This document shows, piece by piece, positions 36,756-46,805 of a DNA stretch of 64,000 bases. The stretch's first letter is position 1. Each line of letters starts with the position of its first letter. Both the position numbers and the translations under genes were made by a program. This DNA is from Candidatus Tenderia sp. (GTDB lineage Bacteria; Pseudomonadota; Gammaproteobacteria; Tenderiales; Tenderiaceae). The stretch is from NCBI GenBank assembly GCA_031416075.1, contig JANOSY010000014.1, positions 1 through 64,000 of the forward strand, written 5' to 3'. The notes beneath the pieces were generated by a model that ran no database searches, had not been told where the DNA came from, and worked only from the letters and a program-made list of their open reading frames with translations.

Positions 36756-37784
36756 TCATGGTAAGTATTTTACAATCTTAGGCCCGATGAAATTGGCTAT
36801 TTTTAATGGAAGTTTCTGCCAAAGTTGAATTGCCAGCCGGTATTTTGGATTATTTGGATTAAGGGCTGGTAGTGATTCATTATCAGCCTTCAACCAATAA
36901 TGCCAATACAGTTGTTTCTCACTGGCGCCCCACTGACGCTTGAACTTATACGTTCCGCTATCTCTGGAGCATCGGCCAAAGTCGAATGTGTGATAACCAT
37001 GGGTAATAGCGAGTCGAAGTGTGTCCCAGTAGAGTGCCATGTTAGCGCTGATGTGATTATATTCTTTAAGGGACGATGCCCAGGGAATCTCAAGAGTGCC
37101 GTTGAAACCAATTAAAAAAGCTGCGGCAATCGGTTGTTTCTGATGTTGTATAACAATAATATGGCTATTCTGTGCAAAGGTAGAGATGATCTCCCGGAAA
37201 AAACTAATTGGATAAACAGGTGTGCCGAGATCACGCATGTTTTTTGAGAATACACTATAAAAATCGCCAAGCAGTTCGATACCTCCGACAATGGTTTGAA
37301 CACCTTCTTTCAGGGGGCGTTTGATTTGAGCGCGTAACTTTGATGAAAATGATTTCCATAACATCTCTTCATTATCAGGAAGCTCAAGAAACATAGTTAT
37401 TTTATCGTGCTTGACGGGCAAGTTATCACGCTGTTGGCTGTCACGATACTCAATGTGGCTGACATTGAGTTTATTGCACATTATATTTGCGTATTCCATT
37501 AGAGAGTTTTCAATTTCTGGAGTATTACCAAGCGCACCGCCATAATTGAAGTATGGCATGGAGACAAAAAAATCACCAAAAAGGGGACTTTTCAGTCGTA
37601 TGAGTTGTAAAACGCCTATAATCTCCCCATTCTCAACGGCAGCTATTTGAATAGAATTGTGATTGAACACATTTTTTATTATCGTCACCCAGCATGATAA
37701 ATGATAGATGCCGCCAAGGGGCGATTTTCTGACATATTCATCCCAGGCACCTGTTTTTTGTTTTTCTATTGAGATGATATCCAT
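36756..37784 (-). CDS. FemAB-family XrtA/PEP-CTERM-associated protein (TIGR03019-like)
   Basis: SMPYFNYGG, KLRAQIKR, NMRDLGTP, PWASS, FDFGR, FKRQWG, NPNNPKY. Confidence 0.9.
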   Translation of the reverse strand: MDIISIEKQKTGAWDEYVRKSPLGGIYHLSCWVTIIKNVFNHNSIQIAAVENGEIIGVLQLIRLKSPLFGDFFVSMPYFNYGGALGNTPEIENSLMEYANIMCNKLNVSHIEYRDSQQRDNLPVKHDKITMFLELPDNEEMLWKSFSSKLRAQIKRPLKEGVQTIVGGIELLGDFYSVFSKNMRDLGTPVYPISFFREIISTFAQNSHIIVIQHQKQPIAAAFLIGFNGTLEIPWASSLKEYNHISANMALYWDTLRLAITHGYHTFDFGRCSRDSGTYKFKRQWGASEKQLYWHYWLKADNESLPALNPNNPKYRLAIQLWQKLPLKIANFIGPKIVKYLP

Positions 37785-37793
37785 AGCGGTGAG

Positions 37794-38558
37794 TTACTGC
37801 TTTTGCTTCACGTTGGAGGAGCTGCCTTCATTGGTGTTTTTCCACACACCGGCATCAATTAATTGTTGTTTAAGTGAATTGAGCGGGTATTTCAGTGCGT
37901 ATGCCTTTTGTGCGTGAATTAAAGCATCGTTAGGGCGTTTCATGCGAAGCAGGAGCAGGCCAATGTTATAGTGAGACTCAGCATTTTCGGGATTAATATT
38001 GATAGCTTTTTTGTACTGAATCTCCGCTTCTTTGTACTTCCCTATACGATAGAGGTAAATTCCATGTAAAAGTGGAATGTGCTCCTGGTTAGGTCTGTAT
38101 CTCTCGGCGCGTTGTAAGTAGCATTCTGGCGGTGTAGAAAAGGGTTGAAAATTGTACTCACCTCTTTTGTTTGCTTTTAGCCGCTCTATTTCCAGTGTGA
38201 TAATGTCTCTTAATGCCAACACGTGATTTGGGAATGCCCTTAAGGTGTAGTCGTAATCGCCCCAAGCTAGATTGATTGTGATGGGATTAAGTCCGCCGCG
38301 TAATCTTTCTGCTGCTCTTCCATAGTGAATTTTATCAACTTCCCATAGCCTTGCATTGTCTACCAAAACCTTGTCTGTTGAATTGATAATATCAATGTAA
38401 TCATAAGGGCCGTGGGATTGTGCATTGCCGTCACACGTGATGCCGTCAATAGACATGCCAAACCAACCGATTGCCTCAGCATTTGTAGGCGCTATGAGGC
38501 ATATGCTCAAGCTAAATAGAGTGGTATAAATTCTTTTTATGTTTTTTTTAATGTTCAT
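37794..38558 (-). CDS. Exported TPR-containing protein
   Basis: Signal peptide (AEA-I); GPYDY, DYTLRAFPNH; C-terminal TPRs (AESHYNIG). Confidence 0.8.
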   Translation of the reverse strand: MNIKKNIKRIYTTLFSLSICLIAPTNAEAIGWFGMSIDGITCDGNAQSHGPYDYIDIINSTDKVLVDNARLWEVDKIHYGRAAERLRGGLNPITINLAWGDYDYTLRAFPNHVLALRDIITLEIERLKANKRGEYNFQPFSTPPECYLQRAERYRPNQEHIPLLHGIYLYRIGKYKEAEIQYKKAININPENAESHYNIGLLLLRMKRPNDALIHAQKAYALKYPLNSLKQQLIDAGVWKNTNEGSSSNVKQKQ

Positions 38559-39691
38559 ATGGTTTGTTTGGCACGTATTTTGGTTGACACGGTTAACAAT
38601 GAATTTTTTACGGCTTTTCGTAGTTTTGAGAAAATATAAATTAGATAGCCTTTTGAATGGGGGTTATATACGATCACTGTTTCATGTGGTCTTAATTTTT
38701 TTGTCCATGCCATCTTATGCGGCATTACATCACCTAAAAAATCAAATTCGATATAACCCTCTTGATAATATTGGCGTAATGCCTCTTCTATTATCATTGC
38801 CCCTGGTGATAGTTCCTGATAAGAGTTGTCGAATGATGTTTTAATTTGGCCAACATGGCCATTTACTTGATAACATAAATTATAAGCTATCGCAATCCCC
38901 TCGAATTTTAATACATTGGCGATGAGGAGATTGTGCTTGCTGAGGTAGGGGATGAGATGTTTGTAGTAAAGAGTTTCTATTGGGCGGCTGGTTATATCCA
39001 TGCTGTCTTGAACTTTCCAGCTACGTTGCTCAATGTGTAGTATGTCATTAATGAGATCATCATAATTATCGCCACCTCTAAACCAAATACTTTCCAGGGA
39101 GTGATTGTTGGCCAGCTCTTTTTCGCGTTTGTTGACTTTGTAACGGAATTTTTTCGGTTTTGAGGCGATAAGTTGTTCCCAATTATCTGATAAGTCCAGA
39201 TAAGGTGATGATTCGCTAAGGTATGTGGTTGATAATAAGCTGCTGGTTAATGCTTCATATGTCTTTCCACCTATCTGCAAATCTTTAAATAGGATGGCGT
39301 CCCACGAAGTTGTTTTTCTAAGGTGAGAAATGAATATTTCCATTGTCTCTTTTATGGTGAGTTGTGTAATCAGTTCTTGATGGTATGTAACAAGGTTGGT
39401 CGCTAACTCAATGCACTTTGCGGTTATTCCGGCAATATTTTTTTCTACGAAATAGTAGGGGATAACGCTAGCCACCTCGCTATCTTTATAAATAACAAAC
39501 ACTTTTATATCATCGCTGATACTGAATGCATCGCAGGCGCATTTTAACCATCCTAGAGAAAGTGATGGATTTATATTTTCATTTCTAATGATATTTGACC
39601 ATGCCGAATCCATGCTGATAACAGCATTTTTGAACGATATTTCTGATGTTTCGTATGGTTCTGAATGCGATGTCACAATCACTTCTACCAA
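38555..39691 (-). CDS. GNAT/Acetyltransf_6 (BcsL/CelD-like) protein, paralogue 1
   Basis: KKFRY, EQRSWK, LSPG, FDFLG, K..W motifs. Confidence 0.8.
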   Translation of the reverse strand: MVEVIVTSHSEPYETSEISFKNAVISMDSAWSNIIRNENINPSLSLGWLKCACDAFSISDDIKVFVIYKDSEVASVIPYYFVEKNIAGITAKCIELATNLVTYHQELITQLTIKETMEIFISHLRKTTSWDAILFKDLQIGGKTYEALTSSLLSTTYLSESSPYLDLSDNWEQLIASKPKKFRYKVNKREKELANNHSLESIWFRGGDNYDDLINDILHIEQRSWKVQDSMDITSRPIETLYYKHLIPYLSKHNLLIANVLKFEGIAIAYNLCYQVNGHVGQIKTSFDNSYQELSPGAMIIEEALRQYYQEGYIEFDFLGDVMPHKMAWTKKLRPHETVIVYNPHSKGYLIYIFSKLRKAVKNSLLTVSTKIRAKQTI

Positions 39692-39794
39692 TATGTAATT
39701 TTTATTGTTGAATGTATTGATTCGTTAACGCTCATATGGTGCCTTTTGATGCGGCGGTGAATAAACAATGGCTCTTTGAAAAATAATTCATCTT

Positions 39795-40904
39795 CTATCC
39801 TTTTGTATGGCGAAAAATACATTTTATAATATTTTTGGATCGCGTTGCACTGTATGCGATTCTAGACCTTATTTTTTTGTTAAATATGGTATAGCGCTTT
39901 TGAGTGTAAGTGCTAGTCGCCCATCTCATTTTCATGGGGTCTTTTACGCCAAGTAAATCGTAATATTTTATTCCATGTGCGCAGAGATATTTTGTTATTT
40001 CAAACTTTATAATGTTCCCTGGGCTATATTCTTTGTAGTCGCCAGAGAAACTTGATTTTAGACTTTCGAATACCCCATTGAATAAAATTCCGTAGCTGTA
40101 AGCAATAGGGATATCTTTATCAAAGATAACAAATCCCATTAGCCAGTTATTGATGGCTGCCATCTCTGTGAAATCGTTATAGAATTTTTCTTGAAGTTTA
40201 TTGGTTGTGATCGATGTTCCTGCTTGCTCTTTCCACGATTTTTTTTCTATATAGTGTATGTGTTCAATGAATTCATTGTGGTTTTCAATGGACTTGTATA
40301 TTTTTAAGTGAGTTTCTTTTTGAAGGTCAAATTTTTTTAGCCGGGAAATAACATTGTATCTAAATTTTTTGTCGAGTCTGCTGATAAAAGTTTCGTGAGA
40401 TTCGGGGAGATGAATATATGGAGATTCAATATATTCATCATTTGTATACGATAAGTTGTATTTTTCGAGTGTCTTATTGACATTTTCTTCGTGATAATTG
40501 TTTGATGTGACGCTAAAAGCCAAGGTATCCCATTGATCAGTATTGTTGTGTAAAAATTTTATAAAATTATCAAAATGGAGATATTCATTATCTGCCAGTA
40601 TCAATCCATTCCTTGAAGAATATATTTCTTGAATTTGTTCAATTGATTCTAATTTAATTATTTTTAAGTGAGTTTTAATTCTCTTGGAGTATGGAAAGAT
40701 AAATTTAATTTCGCAGTTCTTTTCGCTTGTAAATACGCCACTTTTATCGTGGAGTGAATGGCTTTTTATAATTGCGCTTGTCCATTCATAAGTGGATGAT
40801 ACCCCAGTGTTTTTTATGTGTGGATGGGCTGATGAGGCAATACTGTTCCATGTTTTTTTTATTTCTTCGCAATCGTGTATTGTTTTGATTTTTATTGTTG
40901 GCAT
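39795..40904 (-). CDS. GNAT/Acetyltransf_6 protein, paralogue 2
   Basis: KKFRY, EKKSWKEQAGTSIT, YSPG, YDLLG, KMRW. Confidence 0.8.
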   Translation of the reverse strand: MPTIKIKTIHDCEEIKKTWNSIASSAHPHIKNTGVSSTYEWTSAIIKSHSLHDKSGVFTSEKNCEIKFIFPYSKRIKTHLKIIKLESIEQIQEIYSSRNGLILADNEYLHFDNFIKFLHNNTDQWDTLAFSVTSNNYHEENVNKTLEKYNLSYTNDEYIESPYIHLPESHETFISRLDKKFRYNVISRLKKFDLQKETHLKIYKSIENHNEFIEHIHYIEKKSWKEQAGTSITTNKLQEKFYNDFTEMAAINNWLMGFVIFDKDIPIAYSYGILFNGVFESLKSSFSGDYKEYSPGNIIKFEITKYLCAHGIKYYDLLGVKDPMKMRWATSTYTQKRYTIFNKKIRSRIAYSATRSKNIIKCIFRHTKG

Positions 40905-41104
40905 GGTGTTGGTGAATGCGTGTTGTTTATAAAAATTATTGTAGAATAACTATTTTCTTTTCTGTTGTGCCCGAGTTTTTTGGCTGAGTTTATTAGAGGG
41001 ATTTTGTTTGTTTTACGAATTATTTTAAAGATAATAGTCTGAATATGGTTGCAAGATAGCAGATTTTTGTTTTTTCCGGCCATATTTTCTAGGCGTATAG
41101 TCAT

Positions 41105-42370
41105 TTATGTTCTAGAGGCTTCGTTGCAAACTTCTGATAATAAATGTGCTGTGTTTCTTCGAGAATAGTTGTTAATGACGCATTGTTCCAAGGTTACTAT
41201 TGCTCCATTATTTATTGAAGTGATAAAGTCCTCTATATGTTTTTTTATTTCGTCGTGATCATCCAGGGCCGCAATGTGTTTCATGCCTAATTTTGCAAGT
41301 AATTTTGCAGTATCGCCATGGTGGTCTGCGAGAGCAAGAATGGGGCGTTTTGCGCGCAGATATTCATATAATTTTGCGGGGATGGCTGGATTTGATGTGT
41401 AGCCTTGAAATATTAATAACCCGTCAGTCAATAGCATCTCTTTGATTGCTTCGCTGTAGGGGATAGGTGGTTTGAATTCGATTATGTCTGCGATGTCTTT
41501 ATCGGCGACCATTTTTTTATAGTCATTCTCATGGCCGCATGCACGTAAGGTAATAACGAGGCTCTCTGAGCTAATCTTTCTTTCATGTTTTAGTTGTGAA
41601 ACGGCCTCAAAAAAATGGCTGGGGTCTCTGTCGCTGGTGTTGTATATCAGACCACTATGAAGTAGACGGATTTTTTTCTCTTGAACTTTTTCGGGGAGAT
41701 TTTTTTCGGCCTCTTGAAAGGTCTCTTCATCGAAACCGTTAGGTATAACATGCCACTGCGTATGGTTTTCTTTTGGGTAGCGTTTCATGCATATCTCTTT
41801 TGCCCCTTCGGTGCAAAAGATAACGCGTATGGCGTGTTTTACAACGCTCTCTTCGATGAATAGTCGGGCTTTTCTGACTAATTTGTTGCGGGGTGCCCAT
41901 TCGCCTGTTTTAGGGTCTTGCTCAATCATAGGGTCTCGGAAATCAGCTATCCATGGCACGCCTGTTATTTTGTGAAGGCAGTAGGCGATTAGGTGCGTGG
42001 TGGCGAGTGGGTAGGTTGACCAGATAAGTTCTGGTTTGTGGTGTTTAATTGCCCGTATTCCCGCAGGTATTGCTCCGATAATCCAACTAATCCATCGATC
42101 TGGAATGGCAAGTAATTGAGTGTGTCGACCTTTGATTGATAGGTGGCGGGCTGAGTCGAGGGCAAATGCCCTGATAGTTTCAACCTCTTTGGGTATCTCT
42201 GAGATAAGATCGTTCGATGTTTTTTCGTATGCTCGTGGATGGGCGCTTAATACAACTGGAAGCCATCCATCGTTGGGTAAATACTGGCTGAATCGTAGGG
42301 TCCGTTGTACACCACTGCTGCCTGCAAAGGGTGGGTAGTGGAAAGCGATCATTAGAATTTTTTTACTCAT
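41105..42370 (-). CDS. Glycosyltransferase (GT4-like)
   Basis: AFHYPP..GSSGVQR, WIADFRDP, IPNGFD, PAKLYEY. Confidence 0.88.
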   Translation of the reverse strand: MSKKILMIAFHYPPFAGSSGVQRTLRFSQYLPNDGWLPVVLSAHPRAYEKTSNDLISEIPKEVETIRAFALDSARHLSIKGRHTQLLAIPDRWISWIIGAIPAGIRAIKHHKPELIWSTYPLATTHLIAYCLHKITGVPWIADFRDPMIEQDPKTGEWAPRNKLVRKARLFIEESVVKHAIRVIFCTEGAKEICMKRYPKENHTQWHVIPNGFDEETFQEAEKNLPEKVQEKKIRLLHSGLIYNTSDRDPSHFFEAVSQLKHERKISSESLVITLRACGHENDYKKMVADKDIADIIEFKPPIPYSEAIKEMLLTDGLLIFQGYTSNPAIPAKLYEYLRAKRPILALADHHGDTAKLLAKLGMKHIAALDDHDEIKKHIEDFITSINNGAIVTLEQCVINNYSRRNTAHLLSEVCNEASRT

Positions 42371-43455
42371 GTAAATGACCTGGTCTTTTCTGCTCGGTAT
42401 TTTTCCAGTACTGAGTAGGTGCTGGCGAGCTTTCCAGTGATGCTGCTGCTGTAAATGGTATGTTGCGTTTGTATATAGCTGTCTTTAGTCCATTTTCGTT
42501 TTGACGGCTCAATAATGCCAAGATAATCAAATAGCATTAATTTGTTATCATGTAGGTCCAAAAAAACCATATAGTCTATAAGATGCCCCGGGCTATACTG
42601 TTTGTATTTCTCTTTGAAACTGGTTTTAAGGCACTCACAAACCCCGTTAAACACGATGTTTATACTATGTGCAAAGGGTTCGTTATCTAGATAAATAATT
42701 GCGCCTCTTAACCAGCCCCGTTTGGCTGATTTTGGTATGAAAGAGTTATAAAAATCTTGCTGGTACTGATTTTTAGTAATAGAAGTGCCCGCTTCTTCTT
42801 TCCACGATGCGCGTTCTATTTCATAGACATCACTTAGAAAATCGGCACTTTCGTTTTCATGAGTAATGGTCTTGAATGTTAACCGCCCAGTCTGTTCGAG
42901 ACTTTTTATGCTTGTTCTGATGGTGTATCTGAATTTTTTCTCTAAGGTGTTTAAAATGTCATCTCTATTTTCAGGGAGTTTTTTCCAGGCAGATATAATG
43001 TGTTGTGTGCTGGTATAAGATGTGCCTGATTGGGTTAGATAGTTTGTGATAGCTTCGTTGTCTTCTGGATTGCAAGTGGTCAATTTAAATGATGCGATGT
43101 CATTTTTTTCTATTATTGAAGAGATTATATTAATAGAGGAGGCTGTTGATTTTCTGATGAGTCCGTTGCGAGTTGCATATAGTTCGGCTACTTGCGACAG
43201 ATTTTTTTCCTGATATAGGTATCTGTTTTTCTGTTTTTTATACACGGGTAGAATGGCTGTTATTTCGTTTTTATCTCGGGCAATATACACGTGTATCAGT
43301 TCATTTTTCAGGCGGGTCTCTGCCAACGATTCAGTCCATTCATAGGTCATTGATATACCCGGTGTTTGAATATGGGGACTGTCATGTGATAACAAGGCGT
43401 TCCATGTGTCACGTAATTCTCTGCATGCCTCCAAGGTTTTTATTTCGATATTCAT
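42367..43455 (-). CDS. GNAT/Acetyltransf_6 protein, paralogue 3
   Basis: KKFRY, ERASWKEEAGTSIT, YSPG, FDYLG, KRKW. Confidence 0.8.
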   Translation of the reverse strand: MNIEIKTLEACRELRDTWNALLSHDSPHIQTPGISMTYEWTESLAETRLKNELIHVYIARDKNEITAILPVYKKQKNRYLYQEKNLSQVAELYATRNGLIRKSTASSINIISSIIEKNDIASFKLTTCNPEDNEAITNYLTQSGTSYTSTQHIISAWKKLPENRDDILNTLEKKFRYTIRTSIKSLEQTGRLTFKTITHENESADFLSDVYEIERASWKEEAGTSITKNQYQQDFYNSFIPKSAKRGWLRGAIIYLDNEPFAHSINIVFNGVCECLKTSFKEKYKQYSPGHLIDYMVFLDLHDNKLMLFDYLGIIEPSKRKWTKDSYIQTQHTIYSSSITGKLASTYSVLEKYRAEKTRSFT

Positions 43456-43462
43456 TAAATAT

Positions 43463-44623
43463 TTAGCCTAATACCGTTTTTATTGCCATGGCGGTTTTGT
43501 TAATTTGTTGTGGCGTTATATTTTGGTGCACAGATAGGCTTAGTAGTGATTTTGATAGGTATTGGGCTGTTTCAATGGTTTCAGTGGAGCTGCATTTATT
43601 AATGCTGCTGTGTAGCTCTTCACCAAAGGTAAAAAGCACACCTCCGGATTTTTTTATGAGATGGTCGTAGTCGCTGCGGTTGTGGATTAATACTGGATAA
43701 GCCCATGGGCAACAGCGTTTTGGGAGTGTTGGGAACAGTGTTTTTGCTGCTGGGTGATGGGCAATCTGTTCGGCCAAGGCTTCGTAGTTTTTACGCCGGA
43801 TGGCTGAAATCTGGGCGAGATTGCTACGTTTTAAGATATGTGAGCAGATGGCGGGGATCTTATCGGCATAATGTTCCATCTCTGCCCTGTAGGCGCTGCT
43901 TTCAGCGGGCGCGTCTGTTTCAATCTGGCCCTGCTGTTTGTTCCTGCTGTTTACACGGATCTGTTCAAGTTTCTGAAGACTGTGTTTGATGATGCCGTCT
44001 GACATGTTGTTGATTGAGTATTCAACAATATGTTTGATATTTTTTAGTTTGGTTGTGGTGCTGAGGGTGATGCCATTTTTTTCGATGGCTGATACGAGAT
44101 TACCGTCGTGCCGAAAGCCGCCACCCTCATGACATGGTGCAAGTTTCCAAAATGAGTAGACAGAAAACTCTGCCCGTTTCCCTGTTAGTTCTAATGGGGC
44201 AGTTTTCAAAAACGAGTGTGACCAGTCGTCAATGATGGGGATCCCCAATGTGTCGCAGACGGCCTTGATTTCCGTAATCTCCTGTTCAAAACCGTAGTAG
44301 TTGATGACGATAACGGCGGCGATAGTAGCTGATAGTTGGCTGATCAGATCCTGATTATCGATACTTAGATCGGCATTGATTCGGTAATATTGAACATTTA
44401 ATCCGGCATCCAGAATAGGGTGGATCACGGTTGGGCAGTGAAAGCTGGGGGCCAGTACGGTTTTTGCCGGACTCGATCTGCTGGATAATAGCGCTCTATA
44501 GATGGCACCACGTGCTTTGTAGGTCAGGTGTGTCTGCGGATCGTCGTAGATTAGTGCCAGAGAGTTGGAGTCTTCCGGCTTGGTAAGATCAGAAAAATGG
44601 GCGGTAGGGTGGGTGCTTGTCAT
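43463..44623 (-). CDS. DegT/DnrJ/EryC1/StrS-like PLP-dependent enzyme
   Basis: APSFHC, INYYG, IDDWSHS, YSFWK (PLP Lys)...EGG, RRKNY, LSVHQ. Confidence 0.75.
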   Translation of the reverse strand: MTSTHPTAHFSDLTKPEDSNSLALIYDDPQTHLTYKARGAIYRALLSSRSSPAKTVLAPSFHCPTVIHPILDAGLNVQYYRINADLSIDNQDLISQLSATIAAVIVINYYGFEQEITEIKAVCDTLGIPIIDDWSHSFLKTAPLELTGKRAEFSVYSFWKLAPCHEGGGFRHDGNLVSAIEKNGITLSTTTKLKNIKHIVEYSINNMSDGIIKHSLQKLEQIRVNSRNKQQGQIETDAPAESSAYRAEMEHYADKIPAICSHILKRSNLAQISAIRRKNYEALAEQIAHHPAAKTLFPTLPKRCCPWAYPVLIHNRSDYDHLIKKSGGVLFTFGEELHSSINKCSSTETIETAQYLSKSLLSLSVHQNITPQQINKTAMAIKTVLG

Positions 44624-44851
44624 CTCATTGTCTATAGTGGTTTTGCCATTAAAAATAAGGTCTTATTATCGGGTAATCTGTTACCATTTTCTACCTAATA
44701 TTGCGACTCTTGGCGGTGAGTAGCGCAATGTTGCGGTGATTTGTGTTGTTGTTTTTATCGGGTTTGCCGCTGTAATGTTAAGTTTTGCGGGTTGGTTTTG
44801 TGTGTGAGCCGCGTGTTTTATGGGTTTGTAATTGTCTGAGAAGGTAAGAAA

Positions 44852-45100
44852 ATGGCGTTGATCGATGAAGTTAAACAGATTCTTGGCGATGTTCTGCAGT
44901 TGGGAGACAAGGGTGACACCATGTCTGAAAGCACCCTGTTGCTGGGTAGTATGCCTGAGTTTGACTCGATGGCGGTGGTCTCTGTCATTACGGCAATTGA
45001 AGAGAATTACGGTTTTGTGGTGGATGATGATGAGATCGACGCCGAGGTGTTTGAGTCGATAGGGAGCTTGGCCCGTTTTGTAGAGCGGAAGCTCGGCTGA
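44852..45100 (+). CDS. Acyl/aminoacyl carrier protein
   Basis: 82 aa, acidic; PEFDSMAV phosphopantetheine Ser motif. Confidence 0.9.
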   Translation: MALIDEVKQILGDVLQLGDKGDTMSESTLLLGSMPEFDSMAVVSVITAIEENYGFVVDDDEIDAEVFESIGSLARFVERKLG

Positions 45101-45936
45101 TGTCTTTAAGAGGGATTGGGTGCCAGCCACTCTTTCTTAACGGGGCGCAGGGCCGCCTGTTTGCGCTGAGTTACCACCCCCCCCAGCTATTAACGCGCCG
45201 CCATGGTGTGTTGATTGTTCCGCCGTTTGCGGAGGAGATGAATAAGTCACGCCGCATGTTGTCGCAGCAGGCACGGCTGCTGGCGGAGGAGGGGTATTTA
45301 ACCCTTATGCCTGACCTTTATGGGACGGGAGAGAGTGACGGTGAGTTTAGTGATGCCAGCTGGACCGGTTGGTGTGAAGATCTGGTGTGTGGCTATCGCT
45401 GGTTGCGGGAGCGTGGTGTCGATACGGTGTCAGTATTGGCGCAGCGTACGGGGGCGCTTCTGGTGACAGCGCTGGTGCGTGAGAAGGGCGTCACGTTGAA
45501 CCGGCTGGTTTTGTGGCAGCCGGTTGTCTCCGGGGATATGTTTCTGACCCAGTTTTTACGGTTGCGCCTGGCGGCAGAGATGGCTAAAGGTGTAGCTGGG
45601 AGATCCAGTGTGTCCCAGATTAGAGCGGAACTGGAGGAAAAAGGGGTGGTTGAGGTGGCCGGTTATACACTTTCACAGCATCTGGCGTTGCCGTTAGGTG
45701 ATAGCCGCATGGAGTTTCCTGCTGGCTGTTTTGCCGGTGAGTTGCACTGGTGTGAGCTGGTAGCAACCGCTGACCGGGCGGTAACGGCAGTGACACAACG
45801 TGCGCTGGATGCACTTCAGGCCGGTGGCGTTCATTGTGAATTACACAAGGTGGTTGGGCACCCCTTTTGGGGGGCGACAGAGATTGAGGATCTGCCCATG
45901 TTACAAGAGACCACGCGGCGGATATTTCTGCAGTGA
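45100..45936 (+). CDS. Alpha/beta hydrolase 2, exosortase A-associated (TIGR03101-like)
   Basis: PPFAEEMNKSRR, DLYGTGESDG, LWQPV, QFLRLR, VAGY; the nucleophile elbow reads AQRTG. Confidence 0.88.
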   Translation: MSLRGIGCQPLFLNGAQGRLFALSYHPPQLLTRRHGVLIVPPFAEEMNKSRRMLSQQARLLAEEGYLTLMPDLYGTGESDGEFSDASWTGWCEDLVCGYRWLRERGVDTVSVLAQRTGALLVTALVREKGVTLNRLVLWQPVVSGDMFLTQFLRLRLAAEMAKGVAGRSSVSQIRAELEEKGVVEVAGYTLSQHLALPLGDSRMEFPAGCFAGELHWCELVATADRAVTAVTQRALDALQAGGVHCELHKVVGHPFWGATEIEDLPMLQETTRRIFLQ

Positions 45937-46805
45937 TGGCCACGGTTGCCGAGACTCCACTGCTGTTCAGGTGTGGTGATAAAGAGTTGTTGGGTATGTT
46001 GCATCTGCCCCAGCAGCCTCAGCGTACCGGTGTGGTGGTGGTGGTGGGTGGGCCGCAGTACCGGGTTGGATCGCACCGTCAATTTCTGCTTTTAGCACGC
46101 TTCCTCTCTCGGCAGGGTGTTGCCGTCTTTCGTTTTGATTACCGGGGTATGGGAGATAGCGAGGGGGAGATCGGTAGTTTTGAGACGGTGGATGATGACA
46201 TAAAGGCGGCTGTGGATACCTTTATGGCCAACGCGCCGGGTGTAGAGCAGGTGATGTTATGGGGGTTGTGTGATGCCGCCTCTGCCGCGCTCTTTTATGC
46301 CCACCAGGATCGACGTATCAGTCATTTGTTGTTGCTCAACCCTTGGGTCAGGACAGAGGCGGGGCAGGCCAAAGCCTATTTGCGCCACTACTATCTGCAG
46401 CGTGTGATGGATAGGGAGTTCTGGGCAAAACTGTTCTCTGGCAGGTTTGATTTTCGTGCCTCCCTACGTTCAATTTTGAGCTTTATCAGAACCAGTCGCC
46501 AAGGGGGTGCGGTAGAGCGTGTTGAAGCGGATAACCATCGGCCAGCGCCACCATTACCGCTGCCTGAGCGGATGCTGGAGGGGTTGGGCCGTTTTGAAGG
46601 CAAGGTGCGGATTATCATCAGTGGTGATGATCTGACGGCGGCTGAGTTTATGGATTTGGTAAAATCGTCAAAGGGTTGGCGTAAGATATTAAAAAAGCGG
46701 CGGGTTGATTTTAAGTCTCTGGACGGGGCCAACCACACCTTTTCAACTCAGCAGTGGCGTGACCAAGTGGCGGAATGGAGTCTCGAATGGATAGATACGG
46801 AATGA
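45933..46805 (+). CDS. Alpha/beta hydrolase 1, exosortase A-associated (TIGR03100-like)
   Basis: VGGPQYRVGSHRQF, FDYRGMGDS, WGLCDAAS, LLNPWVR, DLTA, ANHTFS. Confidence 0.9.
   Translation: MMATVAETPLLFRCGDKELLGMLHLPQQPQRTGVVVVVGGPQYRVGSHRQFLLLARFLSRQGVAVFRFDYRGMGDSEGEIGSFETVDDDIKAAVDTFMANAPGVEQVMLWGLCDAASAALFYAHQDRRISHLLLLNPWVRTEAGQAKAYLRHYYLQRVMDREFWAKLFSGRFDFRASLRSILSFIRTSRQGGAVERVEADNHRPAPPLPLPERMLEGLGRFEGKVRIIISGDDLTAAEFMDLVKSSKGWRKILKKRRVDFKSLDGANHTFSTQQWRDQVAEWSLEWIDTE

Noticed and set aside
40892-41104. 70-aa ORF between GNAT paralogue 2 and the GT
   Set aside because: Low-complexity K/N/I sequence expected by chance in AT-rich DNA; no motif.
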